The position numbers and the translations under genes were made by a program. This document shows positions 12,001 through 17,790 of a stretch of DNA of 20,000 bases, piece after piece. How positions within the stretch are numbered: position 1 is the first letter of the stretch; every line of letters starts with the position of its first letter. Source of the DNA: Elsinoe ampelina (Eukaryota); the NCBI GenBank assembly GCA_010093995.1, contig ML992501.1, positions 1,901,459 to 1,921,458 on the forward strand, in the 5' to 3' direction. The notes below the pieces were generated by a model that did no database searches, was not told where the DNA came from, and worked only from the letters and a program-made list of their open reading frames with translations.

Positions 12001-15000
12001 GGCGATTTGTCGCCCTTGGCAGAGCCTGCCATGCTCACAGGGGGTGTAGGCACAATCAATCCCAGATGAGGCACACCGTCCTTGCGGATTAGCACCTGAG
12101 TCTTAGGATCGAAACGCTTAAAGTCGCCTGCATGCATAGTGTAGTGGATGTCAGCATCGGCATTGGGTACCCATTCCTTCAGCTTCTTCTGCCGTTCCTC
12201 CTCTTCGGAGAGGACAGGTTTCTTTTCGAGTTCTTTAGGCGCAAAGAACTCAGCTTGCGTGGGCTGTGGCGAGGTGTACTTCTCTTTCAGATCTGCAACG
12301 ACGCGCGCCGCAGTATCTCTGGCAGCATCAGAATATTCTACACGAGATCGTCCGCGCTTTTGATCTTCGGGAGTGTCCGGAGAATAGGCATCGTCTTCGG
12401 TATCGCGACGACTCGGCTTGAATGTCTGAGTGTAGTATCCTGTAGCAGGGTCGTAACTCGAGTGCGTTTGTTCTGCCAAATCGTTATGACCAGGGTATGG
12501 AGGCGGAGGCGTCGAGCGTGCTCCTCCTTCTCGTGCTTGTCGCTCGGCCAGCTCCTTCTTCTTGGCTGCTATGAGCGCCTCCAGCTCTCGCTCGCGGTCC
12601 GACAAAGCATTTACAGGCTGCTGAGGAGGCTGTGAAACTTGCGGGTTGGTAATTGGAGGAGGAGACGGTAGAGCACCGCTCATGCTGTATTGTGCTTCGT
12701 GCTCGGCTCTATCAGCGATAGCTTGTCGTTCATTCTCACGTGCTCGGTCGTAAGCTTTGCGCTCGGCATCTTCTCGTTTCGTGCGTGTGCGCTCGCTCTC
12801 TTGGACACGTTCTCTCTCTCGTTCTGCCTCGTGGTTCTCATCGCGATTGTCATTACGTCTTTCTCTTCGTGAATCTTTTCGAGACTGTCGGTCATCTTCG
12901 AAACGGACGCTCGAGTCGTCTTTCCTGCCACGTGTCGCAGCATAGATTCCAGCGGCTGCAGCGGCAGCGCCACCCAGCACCGCAGCGTCACCCATGGAAA
13001 TGCCAGGAGATGGATCTGTCTGGGATCTACGGGGCGCAGGCAGTTCGGGCCGGTTCCCATCCTTCCTGCGTTCTGACGTAGAAGAAGAATAGTCGCTTCT
13101 GCCATCTCTAGACTGGCCAGACCAGCCGCGTTCTGGTCGCGTCTCGTATCTAGGCTGAGCAGAGACTGCCGATGATGAGTCTGTGAACGGCATAGGTTCA
13201 ACATGCTGCATGGGGCGCATGGCTGTTGACGAGACCACCGAGGCGACATCTGCGAGCCTTACAGGCGTGGGCTGCGCTGGTGAGGGGTAAGACTGTATTC
13301 TTGACGATTGTGGAGATTCTCTCATGGGTAGCGATGGCGTAGGTTCAATGGTGTATGTTGGTCGCTGCTTAGGCTTCTCTCGCTTTTGAGATGAGCTGCC
13401 CCATCGCCATCCCCATTTCCCTGTACCCGAAGAGTCCGAACTCAGAGATTCTCGACTCGATCTTCGGGCAGGTCTCTTGCCTTTGTCGTAGTGCAAATCT
13501 CCGAATGCGAGACCTGAGGTCGCGCTTGAAGCGTCAGATTCAGAAACTGACTCCCAGCCATCCTCGTCAGCCGAGCTTGGACGCCCAAGAACACTTCCAC
13601 GATCGCGGTGCCCGTGAGCACTGGGCTTCTCCTTCACAGCAATCACTTCTGGTCGCCGTCTACTTTGTGCCGCCGCGAGAGCTGCCGCAGTAGCCCCGAT
13701 CCCTAGCAGCGTAGAGTCGAGATGATCTCTCGAGTTGCGTCGGGAACGTCTCCTAGGGCTCGATTTGCGGCGGCTGATCGAACCTCCGAACGCCAATCCT
13801 GAATCCGAGGAAGAAGATGAGCCATTGCCAAAGTTGAAGAAGCCCTTTTGCTTCCTCTTCTTTTTGCCAGAAATCGATTTCCGTTTGGACTTTGGGGCTG
13901 TGACTCCAAGCATCTCTCCAATGCCAGGGCTGTGGCTTCGTGATCGGGAGCGCGATCGTCTGCGGATGGACACCCCATTTGGATGGGCTTCATGAGCACG
14001 TGAGGGGCCGGCATATGTAACATATCTTTCCTTCGATCGCGACCGCGACGACCTGATGGGTTCAGGGTGTCTTACGGTCAAAGCATCTGGATTTTGCGGA
14101 TACACATAGTCATTACGACCATGCGGTCGCACCACACCTCGCGAGATATCTGATCCTCTTGACTGGTAGCTCGGTGGTCGGTCCGATCGTCCAGACTTAG
14201 CACTGTAATCGTCGTTGAGCTCATGCTTCTGGTTCCAGAGTGCCCCGCCGACTTTAGCAATGCCGTACCCGGCCAGACCAGCACCAAGCCAGCCAGCCTT
14301 ACTTTTCCGCTTGCCGCCATTTTCAGACGAAGACGAAGAGTGGTATCTTGCATCCTTGTCGACACCACTATGCTTCCCTTTGCGTCTAGCAGACTGTCGT
14401 AAAGATTCGTTCGATCGGCGTCTCTTGAACGAGTCGCTGGAACGCCGACGATGGAAGTGATGTGGTCTGGGTGCATCTCGCGCCGAAGACTTGGGATCGA
14501 AGCAATATTTGCAAACCCCAATATACTCAGTATATTCTTCCATTCTGCGGACATCCTCCTTGTTCTGGACTAGGTCGAACAATCGGTCAAGAGGACCTCG
14601 ATGCGTATGTCTATGCTTGTGCTCTATCGCCTGTCCTACCATTGAGGGCGGGCGATAGGTGAATTGATCTTCCTGCGGATGGTTGACAGGGAGGGTTGAT
14701 GATCCTGAAGTATGATGCGCAGCATAGGCACCGGCCGCCAGTCCTGCCGCTCCGGCAGCCGCTACAGTGGGCAATGAGCTTCCATTTGCTTGAACGGGCT
14801 GTGGAGGTTGCGCAGGAACGTAGTAAGCTCCCCCAAAACCGCCATTATTCTGGGGAATATTGCTCCCGTGCTGTGCCCATGTCCCATTTGCTGTGCCCGA
14901 TGCAGTATAGAAAGATGCTGCATCACTCGCCCCAACTCCTGAACCTGGCTGACCAGGTGCGTATGCAGAAGTTGAAGGTCCATGTTCTGGTCTGGAAGGT

Positions 15001-15752
15001 CTCGAAGAGCTGGATTGTTTTGGGGGTTTAGATAGGCTTCCACTTGCTCCATAGAAGTCTGCAGCTGATCCATTGCCAGTGTCCTGTGCAGGAGTTGGGA
15101 TCGAAGATGCTGGTTGTAAATGCGGTGGATGGTGCATCTTGATATCGGGAGAAGGTGGCCTGACACCTGGTTGCATGCTCACCGACTGGCCCTGGTCACC
15201 GTAGAAGTCTGCAGCGAGCCCATAGCCTCCCTCAGAAGTAGTCTTTCCTGCCCGCTCAAAAGCGTTATGCGAATAGTCCGCCGGAAATTGACCTGGAAAT
15301 TGATTCTGTACATTGGACGATAGTTGAGGTATAGCAGATTGAGACATGCCATACGGCTGATCGTGTTGTCCAGGGAATTGACTGAAGCCTGTCGCGCGCA
15401 TACCACTGGCAAAGTCCTCTGCGCCTCTGGTCCTCTCAGTTCGTGCAGCGCGAGAGGGGCCCTCGGTCGACTCGACTCGTTTCTCTTTTCGCTTGTCGCT
15501 GTCGCGTCTGTCTCCCTCCCTCCTCTTGCGGTCTTTTGACCTGCTTCGAGACCGACTCTTTTTGCCTCCCTTCTTTTCCGAGCGCGAGGAGACTCTGCTC
15601 CTGATTTCACTCTTGCCATCCAGATCCTCCCATTCTTCCTCGTTTGCGACACTCCGGATGGCGCTCTCTGTAAGCGAAGGTGTTCGACTGGACTTGTCCG
15701 ACTTCTTGTTGCTCTTGGAGGAAGAGCTATTGCTCCGACGAAGTCCAAACAT
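1..15752 (-). CDS. lah: Giant (>=5250 aa, 3'-partial) Leashin-like Woronin body tether protein ('involucrin repeat protein' family)
   Basis: ATG at 15752 in a CACAATATG context, with an in-frame TAA at 15780-15782 upstream. It reads MFGLRRSNSSSSKSNKKSDKSSRTPSLTESA. The frame was open at every point I translated (15752, 15200, 14500, 13000, 10300, 9260, 8800, 7000, 5350, 1300, 3). No minus-strand ORF in the track below 15752 lies in this frame, as expected if the frame has no stop and runs off the window. Motifs that I recall from Pezizomycotina Lah homologues: GLAADFYGDQGQSV..QPGVRP, DTGNGSAADFYG, MEEYTEYIGVCKYCFDP, WLGAGLAGYGIAKVG, SDSGLAFG, TAVPFRFRRPP, EFQPLYLVEHNRK, DFAATLAAGLAQSGFD...DPVFHRRSSPPG. 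It also has many poly-Lys islands in acidic disordered sequence. The ORF itself is near certain; the family call is by recognition, not by search. Confidence 0.82.
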   Translation of the reverse strand, partial: MFGLRRSNSSSSKSNKKSDKSSRTPSLTESAIRSVANEEEWEDLDGKSEIRSRVSSRSEKKGGKKSRSRSRSKDRKRREGDRRDSDKRKEKRVESTEGPSRAARTERTRGAEDFASGMRATGFSQFPGQHDQPYGMSQSAIPQLSSNVQNQFPGQFPADYSHNAFERAGKTTSEGGYGLAADFYGDQGQSVSMQPGVRPPSPDIKMHHPPHLQPASSIPTPAQDTGNGSAADFYGASGSLSKPPKQSSSSRPSRPEHGPSTSAYAPGQPGSGVGASDAASFYTASGTANGTWAQHGSNIPQNNGGFGGAYYVPAQPPQPVQANGSSLPTVAAAGAAGLAAGAYAAHHTSGSSTLPVNHPQEDQFTYRPPSMVGQAIEHKHRHTHRGPLDRLFDLVQNKEDVRRMEEYTEYIGVCKYCFDPKSSARDAPRPHHFHRRRSSDSFKRRRSNESLRQSARRKGKHSGVDKDARYHSSSSSENGGKRKSKAGWLGAGLAGYGIAKVGGALWNQKHELNDDYSAKSGRSDRPPSYQSRGSDISRGVVRPHGRNDYVYPQNPDALTVRHPEPIRSSRSRSKERYVTYAGPSRAHEAHPNGVSIRRRSRSRSRSHSPGIGEMLGVTAPKSKRKSISGKKKRKQKGFFNFGNGSSSSSDSGLAFGGSISRRKSSPRRRSRRNSRDHLDSTLLGIGATAAALAAAQSRRRPEVIAVKEKPSAHGHRDRGSVLGRPSSADEDGWESVSESDASSATSGLAFGDLHYDKGKRPARRSSRESLSSDSSGTGKWGWRWGSSSQKREKPKQRPTYTIEPTPSLPMRESPQSSRIQSYPSPAQPTPVRLADVASVVSSTAMRPMQHVEPMPFTDSSSAVSAQPRYETRPERGWSGQSRDGRSDYSSSTSERRKDGNRPELPAPRRSQTDPSPGISMGDAAVLGGAAAAAAGIYAATRGRKDDSSVRFEDDRQSRKDSRRERRNDNRDENHEAERERERVQESERTRTKREDAERKAYDRARENERQAIADRAEHEAQYSMSGALPSPPPITNPQVSQPPQQPVNALSDRERELEALIAAKKKELAERQAREGGARSTPPPPYPGHNDLAEQTHSSYDPATGYYTQTFKPSRRDTEDDAYSPDTPEDQKRGRSRVEYSDAARDTAARVVADLKEKYTSPQPTQAEFFAPKELEKKPVLSEEEERQKKLKEWVPNADADIHYTMHAGDFKRFDPKTQVLIRKDGVPHLGLIVPTPPVSMAGSAKGDKSPVSPHVVTEREIPNQSAEKTRDEKVANRVSWGPDDTRFYEIESPAHSPRLPPAGAYPSDPVIEVKSDERGEPSTSYKFSDLPSAAAPFAADRFTGEPETIEVVREEPRSSFERPGIYQSPFFETVSDLGMSLDSPGTEGAPPVRGFIEGEVDEPTPVAERRSYIPGAFEDGPPPTISRETKPPSRDTSRVREVKDKVIEDGPLAQSWSSLPPRNLEKEDRDLDTRSETWDTGLSKKDKKRKGKTGTREIVDFASEPDMSERASSVIEEPVAQAAGDKESWEKPLTKKEQRKRDKLPRRDTDDIVAEALEPFMAVQTPPTKDNEEQFFEAPLSKKDRKRRDKLVREDTDDFASASVTPLQTIPEPASDPMIQPVIEAIAEQEDTWTPTLSRKEQKKREKLARQATDDFANPIEIPVKEQSESTAFHDAANDEWSVPLSKKEQKKRDKLARQNTDEFSTPVETPVKEVSVQDEWQVPLSKKEQKKRDKLARQNTDDFSTPVETPVEETSAADEWQIPLSKKEQKKRDKLARQNTEDFPTPVETPVEEAPTADEWQVPLSKKELKKRDKLARQNTDDISEPVLSTNGIASKEEELDTAWAAPLSKKDKKKLEKERRKSLADDKSSRDTSTTRDTYAASEPGSKRREDQIDRDTQSEAGDRRKDKQSFGDIATALLAGGAAGFVANDALKSRSDKRDEDRFDDRSPIDEKSRQRRDTLSRSPPYEAASADRNGNTEREQFNYGIPGSFDEPQRTETEEERRARKKKSRRSGDFDDNMSMVSGYSERSSKSKRDKDESSSKKDKKGGLFGMFRRKSEDANQDEPDDRDDKKDKKHHRRRGTGDDDDTRSVASGISRRSTADYGDIPSESKRERRRDREAESPPDQLSRRSTSSKEDLRNRDRSSTLTGEDKYQDQSFLAKRVEVEELQSLPAEPSTQLSRAPETAINSDRSADLGTATMYHEESLGGSVMSPESLSLQSPVTETPRRPAALPLRPASATAVPFRFRRPPPSPSVSTTSTPNASRQRAESFSSQVPASPDSPASLITPRTRASRPRSIEIRREFQPLYLVEHNRKPSEIVLEDEPLPPLPISRETSRASSLRGSDGYESAVEEQLFEDAVETPLPAMSAEDEFKNFDLPIERSIESQMRFEDVLSSNQSTPRASAFPSDVFSKKPKREPEFYSWEDMLREEKEREERAARDAVDQVPQPDSAPTVSTGLDFGTIASTVALGPGAALAADALTETDVSSHSREPISDGSDMPPTTSSLAEPTPISPGSHSVFATPLEEPSPSFATPSEQPEPAFVLKPARKGSKKKGKPLKLGTAVVTSGEVDRETAEEIKERNEQDTRDAVDGLFGESESPGKEWRAKRERKGSKSKRDIVELKSEEAIVVPADVPSTTRDQPPSGLTELGISKEDDPTTSLPALETHESKQSETFRIDEQMQQLQQTSFEEQPSIITTPVTAVERSAGTTKPTEVERASTPLKSDKKKKGKKGKGVQFDIWNDVVPATTEPVPQDQSEAFMSHATSTDAEPIETSAPSRFVSEHVEQQTEVEPPPAESSVQPEARALSKKELKKLKKGKKIDLWTEEPSTQASTPNEERQSDPLAGSHHPLAKLDIEKIDAVDASALQTIGESDAAAIPDVQQPQADPPVRPQDPTEIEEWSKPLSKKELKKLKKGKKVDIWAEEPSPAAEDRQLTGRSTLDNSASLQQTDLPDDSAETRTNLETPQLQSEDISSHMQPDAPVDTAVPEAGSKSLSKKELKKLKKGKQVDLSAKSPTALSPGREEPLAINANATQPTEYSEADDNLGVYAGTTQDRAQPLELADEPPNGTEPEPWSKPLSKKELKKLKKGKQVDPWSDEPVNTAIEEPTTNIVSDSKQPDDDANTATTVENEALADTVDVTNQTTADPSRTIVEQEPEADERSKPLSKKELKKLKKGKKVDLWSEEPSPSVDAEGKQIVDVAGTREVDTDAPREIVLADADPTVGKEAPADPDLEQEIEPWSKPLSKKELKKLKKGKQVAVEDNPAAIAVEEAELDTQATPFQKEPPTTIVSHEPPSDSPATQNQASETDEWAKPLSKKELKKLKKGKKVDLWNDEPLQEPTESVATGEPVEPVRSFDDATDVVQGTMPAQTESIEIDTKQLSKAERKKLKKARRSDPWAFEDEDGNGEVTPAGTEDATPPQFRESAESLTDPLDDKVATSEMVQTSQQDAIRSTDYWGLMAGAVAGVGATVAALGTGNHKNGKSDGSVHPEESSSVGTQDQILPDSRMVVQQDDTVSEQQPTTKDGIEAEKIDDSSSPIDTRSKSTERGNKDKRSKSKDEKRKSATSTVLSWVLPGIAGKSKRSSDKSDKRSSSSKSRDRTILDGDAEKSTEQHDKNQDSDTTVQQSSETKTASSEPLWGPEDLVRDESDRFTRPDPDAPLPEHTSTEDVQAQNPHPDPVPSIEATPDQPVSSLPAKPRDFSNLWGEVDLIRDESSRMRGDVEELETVSQMPAVTETTSAHADDPDVSNTEVKNVENPVEPPSEVFVTKKSRKDKKRGKGKALSETPAEETTLEGQEVPVPNDNAPLPSLEQSSRDVEVLPTTEVIAIDKQADIELQRSQPPAETAADDAWDFPVKKRKGKKGKRAEAIEFEAAPAPIADAAMPLDNESGNLAPVPADPVGQIQAIESTSEPILQQEEPNTTINETIADDGWGFTPLKKRKGKKGKRAEADEQAPTTNEVISQPAKVDMATATSHGETMGVAEGSQPAVDEFANTESRVDEPATEPISTAHIETSWNDEFTTKKARKGKNSKRAISDELDPVPHQSGFDPPAEQSLRGTADQYAASTGSATEQQLATSTSKDIERGVPTIDTTADSMGPSKAVEPADTPAINDSAPIQSVQATPEDEWSSYVVKKGKKGKKGKRASGVDFAQMTPPVTERADDFEVTAPVQHPTSDQPEEDDWAPTTSKSKKKGRKAAAAAAVLATAAGALALRSDDKAEEIKTEHNGAAPDEIKEQVNRDGDGLPKSEVQSQVPSPAPDDRPLERMVMPSDLRDLPATSDRRESTISEPAQPSPDVPLETMKMPEDLRDLSPIQTDNLAITSAQTSAIPTPLGDWDIDPLLDSNMETPDEMWARMSKKKKGKKSKRASAIGTPLSREVPLPADLEEAGQKLALADRQPDLSTQVDPSKSEDVVVVRETKDAISEAVLSSEPLIGLNTVDRSAAITDPIDIPATPAKQSDAVITTESPVEEVGISRFKDSPPRDTESEPHRQQSSHVSSEGNECFMGVDRMPLTRAPSELLEDERQPLLSRRESPERGISSVAVPAETPIDNHEKNLVSTEQDSSTAQAKPVELVDREPDNEEFSPFSLKLSKKDRKKAKQKRKTLDLAEDEQSDVVPDTVVASNPASEESIAQTIGGEKGTSELAEARSGPRSSVPDQFRLSRPLSKFDWADEVEAAEQDDEGVPTAMPVAEKLTTVDTEDASRAQDTTHIDQSEFPITRKISKKEKRKSKKAKGFDVEDDPPTPVAEKTAEEGLRANLSQTTVLRESDDRARGTQSSFARAVSPPSNDIDFAATLAAGLAQSGFDSNMVVEDPVFHRRSSPPGTVAEVDPEEAFAIVNKKGRKGKKNRRSTTDTPSEEKTEQSLLDEGTLSKELPDSHDKPSTYGQGDDDFTAALTAGLGAAGFTAAMLSRSQEELSKAEGPEESIFTKSNKKKRKGKKIVDTEEDDSNDQNARRAIELTGEMPAGELQPAAVEHEELPLDTTGLAPREILDVPSAEQAPENDEWALPIKKGKKGKGKGKRGSALEIEAIPEPVKQPVVETPLPDLPSKKSKKKKRGSAFDWNAETPTEEEPSETTIAAIDAAPASTSSVGMMHTSEISQSLPTTVSKLPRGREGSLATTEQSRELDKPRDPSPAGIVNTPGWSFDVLDKSRDSGVPESLFLPEDDKPRETIRDSGYDTITDRSNRNSGEKYGVPETIMETGASDLNADKESVASWEQWEMPVKKTRSQDVVEEKLATGSRG
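5530..7330 (-). repeat. Coding dispersed repeat array B (7 units + 1 degenerate, consensus W-S/A-KPLSKKELKKLKKGK-K/Q-VDLW)
   Basis: Copies at about 7265-7325, 6970-7040, 6705-6760, 6450-6515, 6190-6250, 5960-6020 and 5740-5805, plus a degenerate LSKAERKKLKKARRSDPW at about 5540-5595. The acidic spacers vary in length, giving a period of ~210-300 nt. Confidence 0.9.
9223..9270 (-). promoter_or_regulatory. Candidate -1 programmed ribosomal frameshift signal (U_UUU_UUA + 5-nt spacer + 16-bp hairpin)
   Basis: The minus strand reads TC-TTTTTTA (9270-9264; codons TCT TTT TTA, correct X_XXY_YYZ phase), then GCCAA, GCGGGTAGAGGTTGAG (9258-9243), loop GAGC, TTCAATCTCTACCCGC (9238-9223). The stem has 14 Watson-Crick and 2 G-U pairs. 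The -1 frame reads AGC CAA GCG GGT AGA GGT TGA (stop at 9246-9244). Confidence 0.7.
10170..11170 (-). repeat. Coding tandem repeat array A (~8 units, consensus DEWxVPLSKKEQKKRDKLARQNTDDFSTPVETP)
   Basis: Trp codons at 10347, 10467, 10587 and 10707 give an exact 120-nt (40-aa) period, with another at 10851. More diverged units lie near 11010, 11160 and 10215. Confidence 0.9.
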
Positions 15753-16488
15753 ATTGTGTAGTAAATTCGTGAAGTTGGGTTATCAATCAATGTCTGTGTG
15801 TCATCGCGTATGTCTTGTCGATTGCGCTCGAAGTATTGTGCAGGTCGCAAATAGTTTGGACGTAATTTGCAGAGTCACAAAGCGACACTGATGAGCCTCG
15901 CGCGGTGTGGGCTCAAATTTCACCCTGCTGGGCGAATGATGGTGGAGCAATGTTCAGTTTGAGATGGTGAGTTGATGTGTTGGCGTGCAGCGCAGATCTC
16001 TGCCGCCCAAAGCTTCCAGCCACTCAATTTGAACGCTGCATGATGAGCATCCCTGTCCTTCACTTTTGGCATATGCAGAATATCGGGTCATTATGCTAAA
16101 TTATGGTATTTCACATTTCATTCTCCGGCTACATGCCACTCTACTGCCGACCGCTGGCCAAAAAATATCGAGGTCAGGCGGACTGTTTACCGTTTTGCGG
16201 TCAATCGTGGTTCGCCGCCTCATCTCCGCTTCCGCCTGGCAACGGCCCGCAAGTCAGTTCAGTTACCGCTATTATTATAAGATCGGACTTTTCTCAGGCG
16301 TAGAATTCCTTGCATGGATCTACCAGCATGAGCGCATCGTGACTACCATCTTCACGACCATGACATCCTCCGTGCTCGCTCGCCTCGTGCTTCTCTGATG
16401 CGTAGCTGAGTGGCGGTGGTTGTGGCGGACGCAGCCTGGTCCACAGTGATGCCAAGCCATCGTCGATCCTCTTGCAATCATTGGTAAA

Positions 16489-17447
16489 TCATGTGACTGG
16501 ATGACCGAGTTGTGCGCGGATTTGTATGATCTGATCTCTTTGAGCGGCCGGTAAAGTGAAAATCATCTCCCTTGTCATGCCGAGAATCTGCTGTATGGCA
16601 GCCTGTTGATCTGGAGGCGCGGCTGCTGGTGCTGGTGGTGGAGCATACACTGGCTGTTGTGGAGGTGTAGGCGCTACAGGTGGCTGATACTGCTGGTACC
16701 CACCATAAGGATTCGGTGGCTGTGCCTGAGGAGGAGGGACTGGTGGTTGCTGGTATTGGGGAGCCTGAGGCTGAGCTGCTGCTGCTTGAACAATACTGCT
16801 GAGAACGTTCGTGTCTGTAAGACCCAGTAATAAGAGAGCTTGGAAGATTGCGTATGCTAATTGTGGTGCCACGGCGAAAAGCTGCTGCACCTGCGCGGGA
16901 TTCTCTGCGACCATCCCTTTCATCTGGGAGATCAGATCGAGAAGTTGAGGAGCTGGCATCGCGGAGAGTGTCTGAGAGATAGCATCTGGCGCGCTGATGT
17001 TCGGGTTTTCGATCCCTGGAGGTAGAGGGGGCAGCGCTCCTGGTGCCTGTCCGTCGAACCCGTTTGCGTGAGGGATTGGCTCAGGCGCGAGCTGGGTTGT
17101 GGGTGCACTTCCTCCTCCGCCTCCTCCGCCACCGCCACTGCTGTCGTTCGACCAGTCCACTCTTAGCTTACGACCCATTATATCGTGATCATTGAGGTTG
17201 CGCACGGCTGCTGCTGCTGTGTCCGGGTCCGCATATTCCAAGAAACCGAATCCCTTCGGCCGCCCGGTCTCTTTGTCGTGCACTAACCGAAAGTTGTTGA
17301 CTGCACCCACTCTCGAGAAAATATCGATGATCTGTTCTTCGCTCACGCCTGAGATTGGTGAGTATGATGATTCACGTTGGGTGCGCAAGTTCACTTACCA
17401 TATGGGATGTTACCAACAAAGACTGATCTGCCAGGTGCAGGGGCCAT
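16489..17447 (-). CDS. RNA15: mRNA 3'-end cleavage/polyadenylation factor RNA15 / CstF-64 homologue (302 aa; exons 17447-17399 and 17348-16489)
   Basis: The spliced product starts MAPAPGRSVFVGNIPYG|VSEEQIIDIFSRVG. It has an RRM with RNP2 VFVGNI and RNP1 KGFGFLEY. The CstF-64 hinge reads APDAISQTLSAMPAPQLLDLISQMK...PQLAYAIFQALLLLGL. A Pro/Gln linker leads to the C-terminal DQQAAIQQILGMTREMIFTLPAAQRDQIIQIRAQL. There is an in-frame TAG upstream of the ATG. Confidence 0.95.
17349..17398 (-). other. 50-nt spliceosomal intron of RNA15
   Basis: Donor G|GTAAGT at 17398, branch-like TACTCAC, acceptor CTCAG|GC at 17349. Removing it restores the frame and joins RNP2 to the rest of the RRM. Confidence 0.92.
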
Positions 17448-17776
17448 TCTGGTCAAGCGCGTCGGCGCCTAGGGCTCTCAGGAGCTTCCAATGGCACGGG
17501 ATCTTGCTGGTTGGCGTGGTGCGAGGTCGTTGAAGGCGAAGAAGTGGGATGTGGAGTGATGAAGCTGGAAGAGCTGCGAACACAGGCGGCCATCCAAGAG
17601 AACTTCCTGTGAACGCCTGGCCCGTGCGGATCTGCAGCTGTTGTAACTGGCAAATCGGATCGAGAGACGTGTGTTTCATTCAGAGAGTTACAATAACCGA
17701 TTTATCTACTGTGCGTGCGCTGACTTATCAGTACCAGTTCTTTAGTACTAGAGAAGCTATACTAGCCTTCTATTAT

Positions 17777-17790
17777 AACACTCCCCCTCT
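17777..17790 (-). other. Polypurine tract and probable start of the 3' LTR
   Basis: The minus strand reads AGAGGGGGAG followed immediately by TGTT, a typical PPT/LTR junction, in the same orientation as the RNase H. Confidence 0.6.

Noticed and set aside
59..15850. Short minus-strand ORFs in the track (e.g. 3275-4018, 9299-9925, 15179-15850)
   Set aside because: They are off-frame overlaps of the leashin-like ORF. None is reached by the -1 shift, which stops at 9244.
280..15891. Numerous plus-strand ORFs of 60-305 aa rich in Ser/Phe/Leu
   Set aside because: They are antisense shadows of the giant minus-strand CDS (Lys and Glu codons read backwards as Phe, Leu and Ser), and none has a recognisable domain.
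16066..16398. 110-aa plus-strand ORF in the RNA15-lah intergenic region
   Set aside because: It has a non-ATG start and no recognisable motif, and it lies antisense in the expected RNA15 3' UTR / lah promoter region.
17349..17394. ORF-track N-terminus MNLRTQRESSYSPIS for RNA15
   Set aside because: This is intron sequence. The true exon 1 (17447-17399) supplies the RNP2 motif.
17453..17593. Possible uORF ending 5 nt before the RNA15 ATG
   Set aside because: The transcription start is unknown and may lie downstream of this ATG, and there is no supporting feature.
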